Source: a virus (lineage: Duplodnaviria; Caudoviricetes). From it: a stretch of 56,489 bases of DNA. The stretch is from positions 1 to 56,489 of IMG/VR virus record IMGVR_UViG_3300042475_003016. The stretch is one strand, 5' to 3'. The notes under the pieces were generated by a model. That model was not told the DNA's origin. It ran no database searches and saw nothing but the letters and a program-made list of their open reading frames with translations. A program made the position numbers and the translations under genes. Shown here piece by piece: positions 48,072 through 56,489 of the stretch. Position 1 is the stretch's first letter, and every line of letters starts with the position of its first letter.

Positions 48072-48093
48072 TTTTATTTTTTAGATAAATATC

Positions 48094-48507
48094 TTAAACC
48101 AAACTTTTAATTATATTTTTTAGTTTGTCATCAATATTCATTCCATCTAATTCTTCTACTATGAAATACCCACATTCAGTATGTTCATCACCATCAATAG
48201 CATTTACCAAATCTGGAACTAATCTGTCTGGACTTTCCAATAAAAAAACATAGAACTGGCCATTAATCCTACTACCATCTCTTGAATATCTATCAATAAT
48301 ATCTAATATTCTTATTTTCTTATTAATAATACTAATATTTGTTTCCTCAAAAAATTCCCTTTTTGCACCCTCATGAGTTGATTCATACACTTCTAACTTA
48401 CCAGCAGGTATTGACCACATTCCCGGAAGACTTTTAGTCTTAGGGCTTCTTTTACATAATAGGAATTCTTCTTTATGCTTTACTAAAATACCAACATACT
48501 TTCTCAT
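48094..48507 (-). CDS. NUDIX hydrolase
   Basis: W..PAGKLE..E....GAKREFFEET Nudix box. Confidence 0.9.
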   Translation of the reverse strand: MRKYVGILVKHKEEFLLCKRSPKTKSLPGMWSIPAGKLEVYESTHEGAKREFFEETNISIINKKIRILDIIDRYSRDGSRINGQFYVFLLESPDRLVPDLVNAIDGDEHTECGYFIVEELDGMNIDDKLKNIIKSLV

Positions 48508-48517
48508 ATCTTTTTTT

Positions 48518-49222
48518 TTATTTAGTTACTAAATGATAGGCATTTTCATTACCTGTGTCAATAAAGGTTAAGGTAATATCATCATAATTTTTGATTGTTT
48601 TTTCAGCCAAATGCGTATGACCAATAACTTGATTATATCCAACCAAATAATCCTCACATAATTCTTTCATACCAGCCCAGAAAATCCCAGAGAAAGGATC
48701 CAAACCACCCCTCTCATCACCAATATAGAAAAGATATTTGCTATTAATATTAAACAAGAAATTAAACTTGTCAGCAATAGTATTATGCTCATTCCCATCA
48801 CCCCAACCCAAATCAAGTGCATCTTTATAATCAGACTCAACAGATTGGTATAATCTATTTGTAATTCCAGCGTGGGAAACAATTGTATTATTATACATAA
48901 AGGCAACTTGGAATAAATGTTTTTTATTCTTGAAGATTGTATTGAACTCAAACATCATATCAAAGTTGAACCCACTACCCCTATATGAACTATTTAGAAA
49001 ATAATAATGAATATCATGATTTCCTAACAATAATTTTACCTTATCTGGGTATTTCTCTTTGAACTTAATAATATCCAATAAGTTCTTTAACATTTTAGTA
49101 TTACTCATAGCATTATGCGTATCAACATAATCCCCAACAAAGACGATATAATCTTCATCAAGATGTTGATTTACAATGTTTTTCCAGAATTTGCTGCCAT
49201 GTATATCTCCAATCACTAACAT
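48518..49222 (-). CDS. Calcineurin-like metallophosphoesterase
   Basis: GDIHG, GDYVD, GNHD, SHAG, GHT motifs. Confidence 0.9.
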   Translation of the reverse strand: MLVIGDIHGSKFWKNIVNQHLDEDYIVFVGDYVDTHNAMSNTKMLKNLLDIIKFKEKYPDKVKLLLGNHDIHYYFLNSSYRGSGFNFDMMFEFNTIFKNKKHLFQVAFMYNNTIVSHAGITNRLYQSVESDYKDALDLGWGDGNEHNTIADKFNFLFNINSKYLFYIGDERGGLDPFSGIFWAGMKELCEDYLVGYNQVIGHTHLAEKTIKNYDDITLTFIDTGNENAYHLVTK

Positions 49223-49295
49223 AGTTTCCTTTTTTGTTTCTGTAAATATACAAAAAAAATAATTAAAACCTATTTATTATTAAATAAATAATTCT

Positions 49296-49643
49296 ATGAA
49301 AATTAATATAAATGATTTGTTGTTTAATACTAAATTAGCAATATCCAGAGAAGAGAAAGAAAAGGGGATGATGAATAAAAGATTTGATGAAACATTTAAT
49401 GGAATGTTATTCATAATGGATACACCCAGGTCATGTTTCTGGATGAAAAATTGCATTATCTCACTTGATATAATAATGATTCAAGATAATGTTATAACAA
49501 AAATTCACCACAATTGCCCCCCTTGTTCAGCAGAACCGTGTAAAACATATTGTGGTGAAGGTAATTTGATTCTTGAATTAGATGGGGGCACTTGTGATAA
49601 ACATAATATTAACGAAGGTGATGTTATAAATCTTAATAACTAG
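49296..49643 (+). CDS. DUF192 family protein
   Basis: GMM...GMLF...FWMKN...LDII...LEL.GG. Confidence 0.85.
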   Translation: MKININDLLFNTKLAISREEKEKGMMNKRFDETFNGMLFIMDTPRSCFWMKNCIISLDIIMIQDNVITKIHHNCPPCSAEPCKTYCGEGNLILELDGGTCDKHNINEGDVINLNN

Positions 49644-51096
49644 AAATCTCCTTCTCTAATTTGGTTTTTATTTTGCTTGCAATATCTTTCATTAATGTCA
49701 GATATTGAGTTTCACTTCTTGGTTCTGATTTGTAGGTGCTTGTTTTTGGTGCATATGTTCTTGGTTCAGTTGATTTTGGTGCATACGTTCTTGGTTCAGT
49801 TGATGGCGGTCTACCACCCCTACCAATAAAGTTAAGTCCAGAAATATTTGTAATACTTGGATGACCCCCACTATTTGCTTGAATTAAATCCCAGGCATTT
49901 AGTGCAATATTATCTAATTTCTTTTTCTCCTCTTCAGTTAATTCACTAAACAACTTATCCATAATTCCCTTTAATTCCGCATTTGTTTTTGGCGCACCTT
50001 CTTTTGTATAATATTTATCACCATAAGTGGCATAAAAATCATTAAAGGTAAAACCAACACTCTCTTCTGTTGCTTTTGATTCACTAACCCATTTAATTGT
50101 TGATAATAAAATTAATTTATCTTCCAGCATTGGTTTAAATTGTGCCATAACTTTTTGTGCCAATTCACCTAAATGTAATTTGCTATACTTGGGGTTTGGT
50201 TTAAATGGATTTTTTGAAACTTGAATCAATCCTAAAGGCCAATATATAATTAAGAAATCAGCATCAGGTTGGTTTTTAAATGATGTATATCTATCATATG
50301 ATCCAGTTCCTTTTAAAGTCCCCATACCATATTGGTAAATAATTCCATCTTTAAATTCAACGTTCTTATGACCCTTCATACTTTCAATATACTTTTCAGC
50401 ATTTGCTTGTAGGTCAGCTGGAATTTCAGATGTGTTTTCTTTCATCCATTTCTTTATATTATTTAATACTGATAATATGGATGCTTTTGAATTCATAACC
50501 AAATATTCAAGAAATCCTTTCTTGTTCTTAAAAGCCAATAGCAATTTATTTGCAACCAAACCCATTAATAATTTATTCTCTCTAACACTTTTTAGTTTGT
50601 CAAATTTGAATAAATAATTAATAACATCATTTGGTGTTAACCCTTGTCTAACAAAGTCGGCAGAGTCAACTGTATTTATAATCAAAATATCAGTATCACT
50701 AAACAAATCACTCTTAGAAATTGTTTGTGAAATTGTTTCCGCATTAGACCTAGCTTTTTTAAATTGTCCAGATGTTTTCTTGGTATCAACCCCAATCTGA
50801 CTATCGTGGTGATCGGTATGTATCTTAAACATTGGTTTACCATGTGCAAAATCCACCAATACAGGCATAACATCCCCTGACGCATCAGGTTTTTTAACAG
50901 AGAACTCAGTATCACCGTATTGAATTATTTCTGAATCTACAACTTTGATGCCATTGTTTTCTAAATAATTTTTCATAGCTAATGCCGAGGCGACTCCATC
51001 AAGATCCTGGTGGAAATATATTTTAGCTTCTTTATATCTTTTTGATAAGGCATTTATGTCTCTAATACCCCCCTCATTAATTAAATTTCTTCTCAT
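49633..51096 (-). CDS. DHH-family phosphoesterase-like protein
   Basis: FHQDLDG, LVDFAH, HTDHH and C-terminal SGGH; leader LINE; 30-bp repeat STEPRTYAPK x2 at 49744-49803. Confidence 0.7.
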   Translation of the reverse strand: MRRNLINEGGIRDINALSKRYKEAKIYFHQDLDGVASALAMKNYLENNGIKVVDSEIIQYGDTEFSVKKPDASGDVMPVLVDFAHGKPMFKIHTDHHDSQIGVDTKKTSGQFKKARSNAETISQTISKSDLFSDTDILIINTVDSADFVRQGLTPNDVINYLFKFDKLKSVRENKLLMGLVANKLLLAFKNKKGFLEYLVMNSKASILSVLNNIKKWMKENTSEIPADLQANAEKYIESMKGHKNVEFKDGIIYQYGMGTLKGTGSYDRYTSFKNQPDADFLIIYWPLGLIQVSKNPFKPNPKYSKLHLGELAQKVMAQFKPMLEDKLILLSTIKWVSESKATEESVGFTFNDFYATYGDKYYTKEGAPKTNAELKGIMDKLFSELTEEEKKKLDNIALNAWDLIQANSGGHPSITNISGLNFIGRGGRPPSTEPRTYAPKSTEPRTYAPKTSTYKSEPRSETQYLTLMKDIASKIKTKLEKEISSY

Positions 51097-51464
51097 TAAT
51101 CTAATGTTAATAAATATTTTAGTTTATTTACTTCTGCCAAAATCTCATCTCTGATATTTAACAAATCAGTGTCTTCTCCTTGTGTTAATTTTTCCGACAA
51201 ACTCATTAAGAACTCTGTGAAATCATCCAGATATTCTTGCATTGAGAAACTCTTTATATCTTCAAAATCCATTGTAAATCCACCCTCAAAATTGGGGCGG
51301 CCATGTTTGCCCATACAAACCTCAACATATTTATCAATCAAATCATCTAAATTATCATAAAAAGCACCATAGGCTTGATGTTTCGCATATGATTTTGTTT
51401 GCCAATGCAAGAATCTAAATTGTACTTGTGTATTGACTAACTCTAATATAATCTCATCATTCAT
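51096..51464 (-). CDS. Dps / ferritin-like phage protein (DUF5856-like)
   Basis: LHWQT.SYA.H.A...Y..L..LID..VE...G...L.NIRDE...NKL.YLL. Confidence 0.8.
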   Translation of the reverse strand: MNDEIILELVNTQVQFRFLHWQTKSYAKHQAYGAFYDNLDDLIDKYVEVCMGKHGRPNFEGGFTMDFEDIKSFSMQEYLDDFTEFLMSLSEKLTQGEDTDLLNIRDEILAEVNKLKYLLTLD

Positions 51465-51479
51465 ATTATTATTTTAATA

Positions 51480-51716
51480 TTAAATATCGCTTGAAGTTAA
51501 TTTATTTATCTTGAACCCAAGATACTCGATTGCTTTTTTTAAATCTTCAATTTCTTTTTCTGGATTCTTCTTCCCCGCTCTGGCAACATATTTTACAACA
51601 TTGAATAAATACGCATCTTTATCCAAGCCCCAAGCCTCACATACTTTTAATACTTCATAGGGATTATCTTTACCGCCATAGTAGTTAGGGTGACTAACTG
51701 TGTTATTGTTTTCCAT
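51480..51716 (-). CDS. DUF3310 family protein
   Basis: V.HP.YY...NVVKY..RAGKK...EDLKKA..Y. Confidence 0.85.
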   Translation of the reverse strand: MENNNTVSHPNYYGGKDNPYEVLKVCEAWGLDKDAYLFNVVKYVARAGKKNPEKEIEDLKKAIEYLGFKINKLTSSDI

Positions 51717-51717
51717 A

Positions 51718-52482
51718 TTAATTTATATATTTTTTATTAGTGAAAATTGGTTTATTCTTCAACATTATTTTTCTTTTTGCAATAGGTATTAGCGTTTCTC
51801 TTACTGGAAATTCTTTTGTAGTTTTAACCTCATAAATAACATAATTATTTTCACCACTATGTTTTTTTATTAAGTTTAAAATAATAGCTATTGATATAGA
51901 CTTATCAATTACATCATAAAAAACTTCTTCAAATTCATTATATGTACTATATGAATTCTGGTTCTTTGTGAAATCAAAAAAATACAAACACAATAAATTA
52001 CTGCTTTTACAATAGTAATAAAAATATCCTATTATCAAACTAGATTGCTTATTCTTTTTAATTCTTAAATCAATATTTTCAAAAGCGAATGCCCATATTG
52101 ATTTTGCAAAATTAAATAAATCTAGTAATTTAGGATAGGTGAAATTAATTGTTTTGTTTACCTCAGTTTGTTCATTAGGTTCTATGTCTGGAATCAAGTC
52201 GTATTTAAAATCACTTAAATTAATCTCAGCATCAAAATCACTAAGAATCTTATTAAGTGAAATTATTTTATTGTCCTTAACTATTGACGCAATATTAACT
52301 ATGTTAATAGTTATCTCTTGTAAGTCTGGGTATATTTTTAATTCATTTAATCTATTTTCTGAATTCTTAACATAATTCAACAAAATATATTTTTTGTATT
52401 CAAAATCTATTGGTTTCTTAAATAACCAATCAGAAGTAAGCCCATCTATTTTACTATTCTCCAATTTTCTGTTTTTATTCAT
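51718..52482 (-). CDS. Conserved hypothetical protein
   Basis: W.F..PIDFEYKKYILL.Y...FP..ETL.PIAKR. Confidence 0.7.
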   Translation of the reverse strand: MNKNRKLENSKIDGLTSDWLFKKPIDFEYKKYILLNYVKNSENRLNELKIYPDLQEITINIVNIASIVKDNKIISLNKILSDFDAEINLSDFKYDLIPDIEPNEQTEVNKTINFTYPKLLDLFNFAKSIWAFAFENIDLRIKKNKQSSLIIGYFYYYCKSSNLLCLYFFDFTKNQNSYSTYNEFEEVFYDVIDKSISIAIILNLIKKHSGENNYVIYEVKTTKEFPVRETLIPIAKRKIMLKNKPIFTNKKYIN

Positions 52483-52575
52483 AAAATATAGGTTTTTTTA
52501 AAAAAAAAATCAATTTAACTTTATGTTATTTATAAATATCTATATATTTATTACTATATCAAAAATAATAAAATT

Positions 52576-52716
52576 ATGGGTTGTGGTTGTAAAAAAAATC
52601 AAGCAGAAAATACTGAAGCACAAGTTGCAAACAAACTAGCTGAAGAGGAACAGTTGAAAACTAAAATAAAAAAAACTGTTGAGAAGTATTATTCTGGCAA
52701 ACAAATTAAAGGGTAA
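52576..52716 (+). CDS. Small MGCGC-starting peptide (46 aa, not in ORF track)
   Basis: MGCGCKKNQAENTEAQVANKLAEEEQLKTKIKKTVEKYYSGKQIKG; TATTTATT upstream, terminator downstream. Confidence 0.7.
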   Translation: MGCGCKKNQAENTEAQVANKLAEEEQLKTKIKKTVEKYYSGKQIKG

Positions 52717-52722
52717 AAAATG

Positions 52723-52750
52723 ATAAAGGGCTAAATGCCCTTTATTTTTT
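52723..52750 (+). terminator. Intrinsic terminator
   Basis: ATAAAGGGC-TAAAT-GCCCTTTAT followed by T tract. Confidence 0.75.
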
Positions 52751-52791
52751 ATTTATATTTTAATTTAAATTTTCTATGTTTAAATAAAAAT

Positions 52792-53490
52792 ATGAATCAA
52801 ACTTATCCAAGCAAAGAAACTAGAATATGTAATTTATTAGCTGATTTCATTCTCATTAAAATAGGTAAAGAGTTTAATTGCAAAATTCAAATAACTGATT
52901 GTGTTAACTTTTATGTTATAAATGGGAAAACAAACTCTGAGACCATTTTAGATATGGCTGCCATAACAGACGAGTTTAATGAAAAATTTAAAGATTTTTT
53001 AGATGGTGTCAAAATAATTAGAACCATAGACATTATTGAATATAATGAAAAATTAACTCCCCCAACAAAAGTAACTTACACATTTTATAATACAGAAAAT
53101 AATATATATCCAGATAAGGATTATGAAAATAATGTATTAGAAGGCTTCATAGCAAAGTCAAACTTTCCATATGGTTATTCCCCCACTATGGGAAGAAATG
53201 TATTCTACAATCTAAAGAACATAGCCTACAATGTAACAAAACTTGGTTATATCAAATGTGTTGAAATAAAATACGATTCAGAAAAGTATGATGATGACAT
53301 TATATATATTAATTGCCCACACACCCAGTATTTGAATGAAACAATAAAGTCAGCAATACTCGATGTATTTAATTTAAAGTCTCCTATTGAATACAATTTT
53401 TTGGAAAATGATATTTTTAAGGAAACTTTAAATTATAAAGAAGATACAAGTTTATTAAGGGAAACGAACCCAGATTTTATGATTCTTTAA
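52792..53490 (+). CDS. Hypothetical protein; N-terminus weakly resembles MetK
   Basis: ICNLLADFIL similar to MetK ICDQISDAIL; start likely MNQTY because the listed extension overlaps the terminator. Confidence 0.5.
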   Translation: MNQTYPSKETRICNLLADFILIKIGKEFNCKIQITDCVNFYVINGKTNSETILDMAAITDEFNEKFKDFLDGVKIIRTIDIIEYNEKLTPPTKVTYTFYNTENNIYPDKDYENNVLEGFIAKSNFPYGYSPTMGRNVFYNLKNIAYNVTKLGYIKCVEIKYDSEKYDDDIIYINCPHTQYLNETIKSAILDVFNLKSPIEYNFLENDIFKETLNYKEDTSLLRETNPDFMIL

Positions 53491-54676
53491 CGCTTGGTAA
53501 TGCTGTAAACTCTTGAGAATAAACACCCTGCTCCACATTTGTTGGAGCAGTTTCTTTTCTAAACATCAAACTATAAGCATCAAAAGCTGAAACCTTGTTA
53601 AACTTCATATTATTAATTTTAGCCATTTCATCAGTACCTGCGCTTTGAAAATACGTTTTCACATATAATGTTAAATTATTTATATATGTGGTTAATATTT
53701 GTGCTTGAATTTTAATTACTAAATCATCAACTTGAGCTAATATTTGTTTAACCACACTAGCATTATTAATTTTACCAATTTCTGTGTTTGCATCTGAAGT
53801 TGAAATCTTACCCTTCATCAAAATGATTTTATCAAGAACTTGTCTTATTTCTGGTAACTCTAAACTAGTGACAAAGCCTCTTTTAGAGAGGTACTCAACA
53901 AATTTACTCTGTTGCCCCCTAGGTAAGAATTTATACCCACTAATAACCTGGGGAATAAAATTAATTAATACATTATACATATTAGTTTTAGAATCTACAT
54001 ATTTCTTACAGAATGGTGCTGTGTTACTATAATCTAAATAACAAATCATTAACTGTGCAATAGTTCTAAGTTCCGGGGTTATGTCGTATGCTGAAGTAGG
54101 AATCTCAACTTTCACCCCACCTTTTAATCTCTCTGCGGATGCTGCTGAATCTTGCTCTGTTTTTTCAAGATACTTACCAAAAATAACTTGTAAAGTTTTA
54201 GGTAAAGTCTGCATATTTTTTAACTCCAGCATTAAACGTTGTACAGCCAACAATCCATTATGTGCTGCGATAATAACATCACTCTCACTAATTAAATCAG
54301 AAACAAATGTACCTGACTTATATGCATTTGTATTGTTTGCATCAACAGCATATGGGTCACCAGCTGAATATGAGGCTGATCCTACTGATATGTAATCATC
54401 ATATTTGCCCATATTTTCATTTGGAACAAAACTAGATAAGAATTTATTCTCAGGGCCTTTAGATAATCTAAAAATTTCCCCTACTGTTGTTTTATAATTA
54501 AAAAATTCATATTTACCATAAGGTAATCCATATTTAGTACTTAGGTCACTATGAGCAATGGGTGACTTATTTGTACCTGCTACGGCTGTTTCGTATGAAC
54601 CAAATTCATCTTCATTAATTAAAACCCTCTGCACCAATTTCTTAAATTGATTTTCACTTATCAATACTTTTCTCAT
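53477..54676 (-). CDS. Hypothetical late / virion-type protein
   Basis: Leader MRKVLISENQFKKLVQRVLINE; TATTTATA at 54690. Confidence 0.65.
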   Translation of the reverse strand: MRKVLISENQFKKLVQRVLINEDEFGSYETAVAGTNKSPIAHSDLSTKYGLPYGKYEFFNYKTTVGEIFRLSKGPENKFLSSFVPNENMGKYDDYISVGSASYSAGDPYAVDANNTNAYKSGTFVSDLISESDVIIAAHNGLLAVQRLMLELKNMQTLPKTLQVIFGKYLEKTEQDSAASAERLKGGVKVEIPTSAYDITPELRTIAQLMICYLDYSNTAPFCKKYVDSKTNMYNVLINFIPQVISGYKFLPRGQQSKFVEYLSKRGFVTSLELPEIRQVLDKIILMKGKISTSDANTEIGKINNASVVKQILAQVDDLVIKIQAQILTTYINNLTLYVKTYFQSAGTDEMAKINNMKFNKVSAFDAYSLMFRKETAPTNVEQGVYSQEFTALPSVKES

Positions 54677-54707
54677 TAATTTATTTTAATATAAATATAT
54701 GAAAGTG

Positions 54708-54992
54708 TTAAATAATATGTTTTTTAAGCAAACTTAAACCTTCGTGTATTGTAATGAAATCTCTATCCGCAGCATAGAAAATACTTTTTTCATTATTATC
54801 ATCATCCGTTTCAATTAATAATAATGATGGAATAAACTCACTTTTAGTTATTTTTACATACATATCATATTCTTCTTGATAATCAAATACATCTCTGTCA
54901 TAATAAGTTATATTTGCCTCATCAAGCAATTTTTTAAAATTCTCACAATGCGAACAACCTTCCATTGTATAAACTATAATATCTAGTTTCAT
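54708..54992 (-). CDS. Glutaredoxin-like protein
   Basis: VYT..GCSHC, cis-Pro motif FIP. Confidence 0.85.
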   Translation of the reverse strand: MKLDIIVYTMEGCSHCENFKKLLDEANITYYDRDVFDYQEEYDMYVKITKSEFIPSLLLIETDDDNNEKSIFYAADRDFITIHEGLSLLKKHII

Positions 54993-55282
54993 AAATTTTT
55001 GTTTTTTTTATTTAAATTATTTATATAGAACTTAATCTCATCTAAATTAACTGGGTTAAAATAAATTGTAACATTATACTCACAATACATTTGGGCAAAT
55101 TCTTTTAAATGAATAAAAAACCCTGCTTTTGTTAAATATACTATTTCTCTTATTTTATCATTATCATACATATCAATATAAACTATTTCTCCTATAAATA
55201 AATCTAATTTAAATCTATGGGAAAGAGATATTTTACTTAAATCGTAACTTAATTTGTTTTTTATTTTTGTTAAAAATTCCAT
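54989..55282 (-). CDS. Hypothetical protein
   Basis: Start likely MEFL, downstream of the terminator. Confidence 0.55.
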   Translation of the reverse strand: MEFLTKIKNKLSYDLSKISLSHRFKLDLFIGEIVYIDMYDNDKIREIVYLTKAGFFIHLKEFAQMYCEYNVTIYFNPVNLDEIKFYINNLNKKNKNL

Positions 55283-55296
55283 ATTATTTTTTTTAG

Positions 55297-55328
55297 AAAA
55301 CCCCCTACCAAACATTTATGATAGGGGG
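55297..55328 (-). terminator. Intrinsic terminator
   Basis: CCCCCTA...TAGGGGG-TTTT on the minus strand. Confidence 0.7.
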
Positions 55329-55335
55329 TAGTTTA

Positions 55336-56088
55336 TTATACCACTAAATACTCTTCAGCAATCTCCCAAAGTTGGGTGTTTAACTTGTTGTCATTAATGA
55401 AATTGACAATTGGCTTTGACCTTCTATTTGTGTTCTTGAATTTAAGACCCCCTTTGATTACCTTCTCTTGTACAAGATTAAATACTGTCCAGAGGTCATT
55501 TGATTGATCCTCCTCTCTGTAAGGTCTTAAAACTTGGTCAAAATCAACATTATTGGCTGACTTATCAAAACGAATATTAATTGCTCTTTGCGCAAACTCC
55601 TCAATTTCTCTTTGACCCAATACTCTTTGTTGCATTTCTCCCATTCTGTTGAAGATTAAGGGGATTTTTGAGAAGAAGTCATTTGTCATCACTTCGGTAA
55701 AGTCTGTGTTTAAATCCACATGTTTAACAGAAATGCTGTTAGCAACTGATGCTGGAACTACCAACCCATTTGAACACACCAACCTATAAATTCCCATTGA
55801 GATGTCCATTTTTGATGTTCCATTGTGGGAATTGTTGAACATAATCTGTGGGAGGACATCGCCAACATTATTAAAATCATTATGTCTTAAAATAACTTGG
55901 TGCGCAGAATAATCTGAATCTCCAACTTGTTTTGCAGAATTTATCTGCCATCCGCTATCAACCAATTTTTCCAAAATTACTTTTGAGTTAGCAAAGTTGT
56001 ATCTGTTGGACATTTTAGGGTCTGGTCTTTCAGCAAAGATTGCAGGAACTGATGTCTTTAGTACTTCAAGATTTAGTGATGTGTTCAT
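55336..56088 (-). CDS. DUF932 (DUF945) family protein
   Basis: NSHNG, G.YRLVCSNGLV, R.ED...DLW..FN..QE..IKGG, N..LW. Confidence 0.88.
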   Translation of the reverse strand: MNTSLNLEVLKTSVPAIFAERPDPKMSNRYNFANSKVILEKLVDSGWQINSAKQVGDSDYSAHQVILRHNDFNNVGDVLPQIMFNNSHNGTSKMDISMGIYRLVCSNGLVVPASVANSISVKHVDLNTDFTEVMTNDFFSKIPLIFNRMGEMQQRVLGQREIEEFAQRAINIRFDKSANNVDFDQVLRPYREEDQSNDLWTVFNLVQEKVIKGGLKFKNTNRRSKPIVNFINDNKLNTQLWEIAEEYLVV

Positions 56089-56153
56089 ATTGTTTGTTTT
56101 TTTTGATTAATTTGATGCTGCAAAGATATATCATCCAATTCTATTTTCCAAAT

Positions 56154-56435
56154 CTAATTCAAATTTATTTTTCCAAAAGGTCCATCAAAATATCTAACAT
56201 TCTTTAAAGGATCGTTTTGCTTCTTGGGATTATTTAATTCAACGCAAATCTCAATAATTTGACTTTTTGTTAAAACAAAACTTTCCCCATTTTTATGATT
56301 CAAATAACTAGTTGCTCTAACTTTTTCAAAGAAAATATCTTTCTTAATAAATGGTATTAATTTTTCTAATTCTTCTTTATTTTTTTGGAAAAATGTAAAT
56401 ATCTGAGTTAGGTAAATTTCTATATCAACATTCAT
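56154..56435 (-). CDS. Hypothetical protein
   Basis: 93 aa ORF. Confidence 0.65.
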   Translation of the reverse strand: MNVDIEIYLTQIFTFFQKNKEELEKLIPFIKKDIFFEKVRATSYLNHKNGESFVLTKSQIIEICVELNNPKKQNDPLKNVRYFDGPFGKINLN

Positions 56436-56489
56436 ATTATAATTGTTTGTTTACATAAAATGAAATCATATTTATAATTATTTTTAAAA

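Overview
AT-rich, densely coding, mostly minus-strand segment of a large (jumbo-type) bacteriophage. Repeated TAnnTTTG (-7) / TTTG (-33) promoters and a Bacteroidota-type antitoxin fragment point to a Bacteroidota host. The window holds host-like and auxiliary genes (dnaK, HldA/RfaE-like kinase, IscA/HesB, Dps-like, glutaredoxin, NUDIX), Dam and C5 methyltransferases, HNH and GIY-YIG endonucleases, and an RNA-repair set (Pnk-like kinase, cyclic-phosphate receiver domain, Rnl1 and DRB0094-type ligases). It has 8 intact-looking tRNAs plus a tRNA-Lys split by an HNH gene. The most unusual elements are: (1) ten dispersed tRNA-like RNAs (16.6-25.2 kb) with conserved acceptor and T arms, usually a Leu-type D arm, and a different, often long insert in place of the anticodon arm, alternating with small ORFs; (2) two tandem arrays of 12 capped LRR genes with 3-9 repeats and signs of mosaic shuffling; (3) two arrays totalling 29 tiny MxN(I/V)...QV paralogous ORFs; (4) an integron-cassette-like stretch with attC-like sites. 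All calls are from reading the sequence by eye; no searches or folding programs were run.
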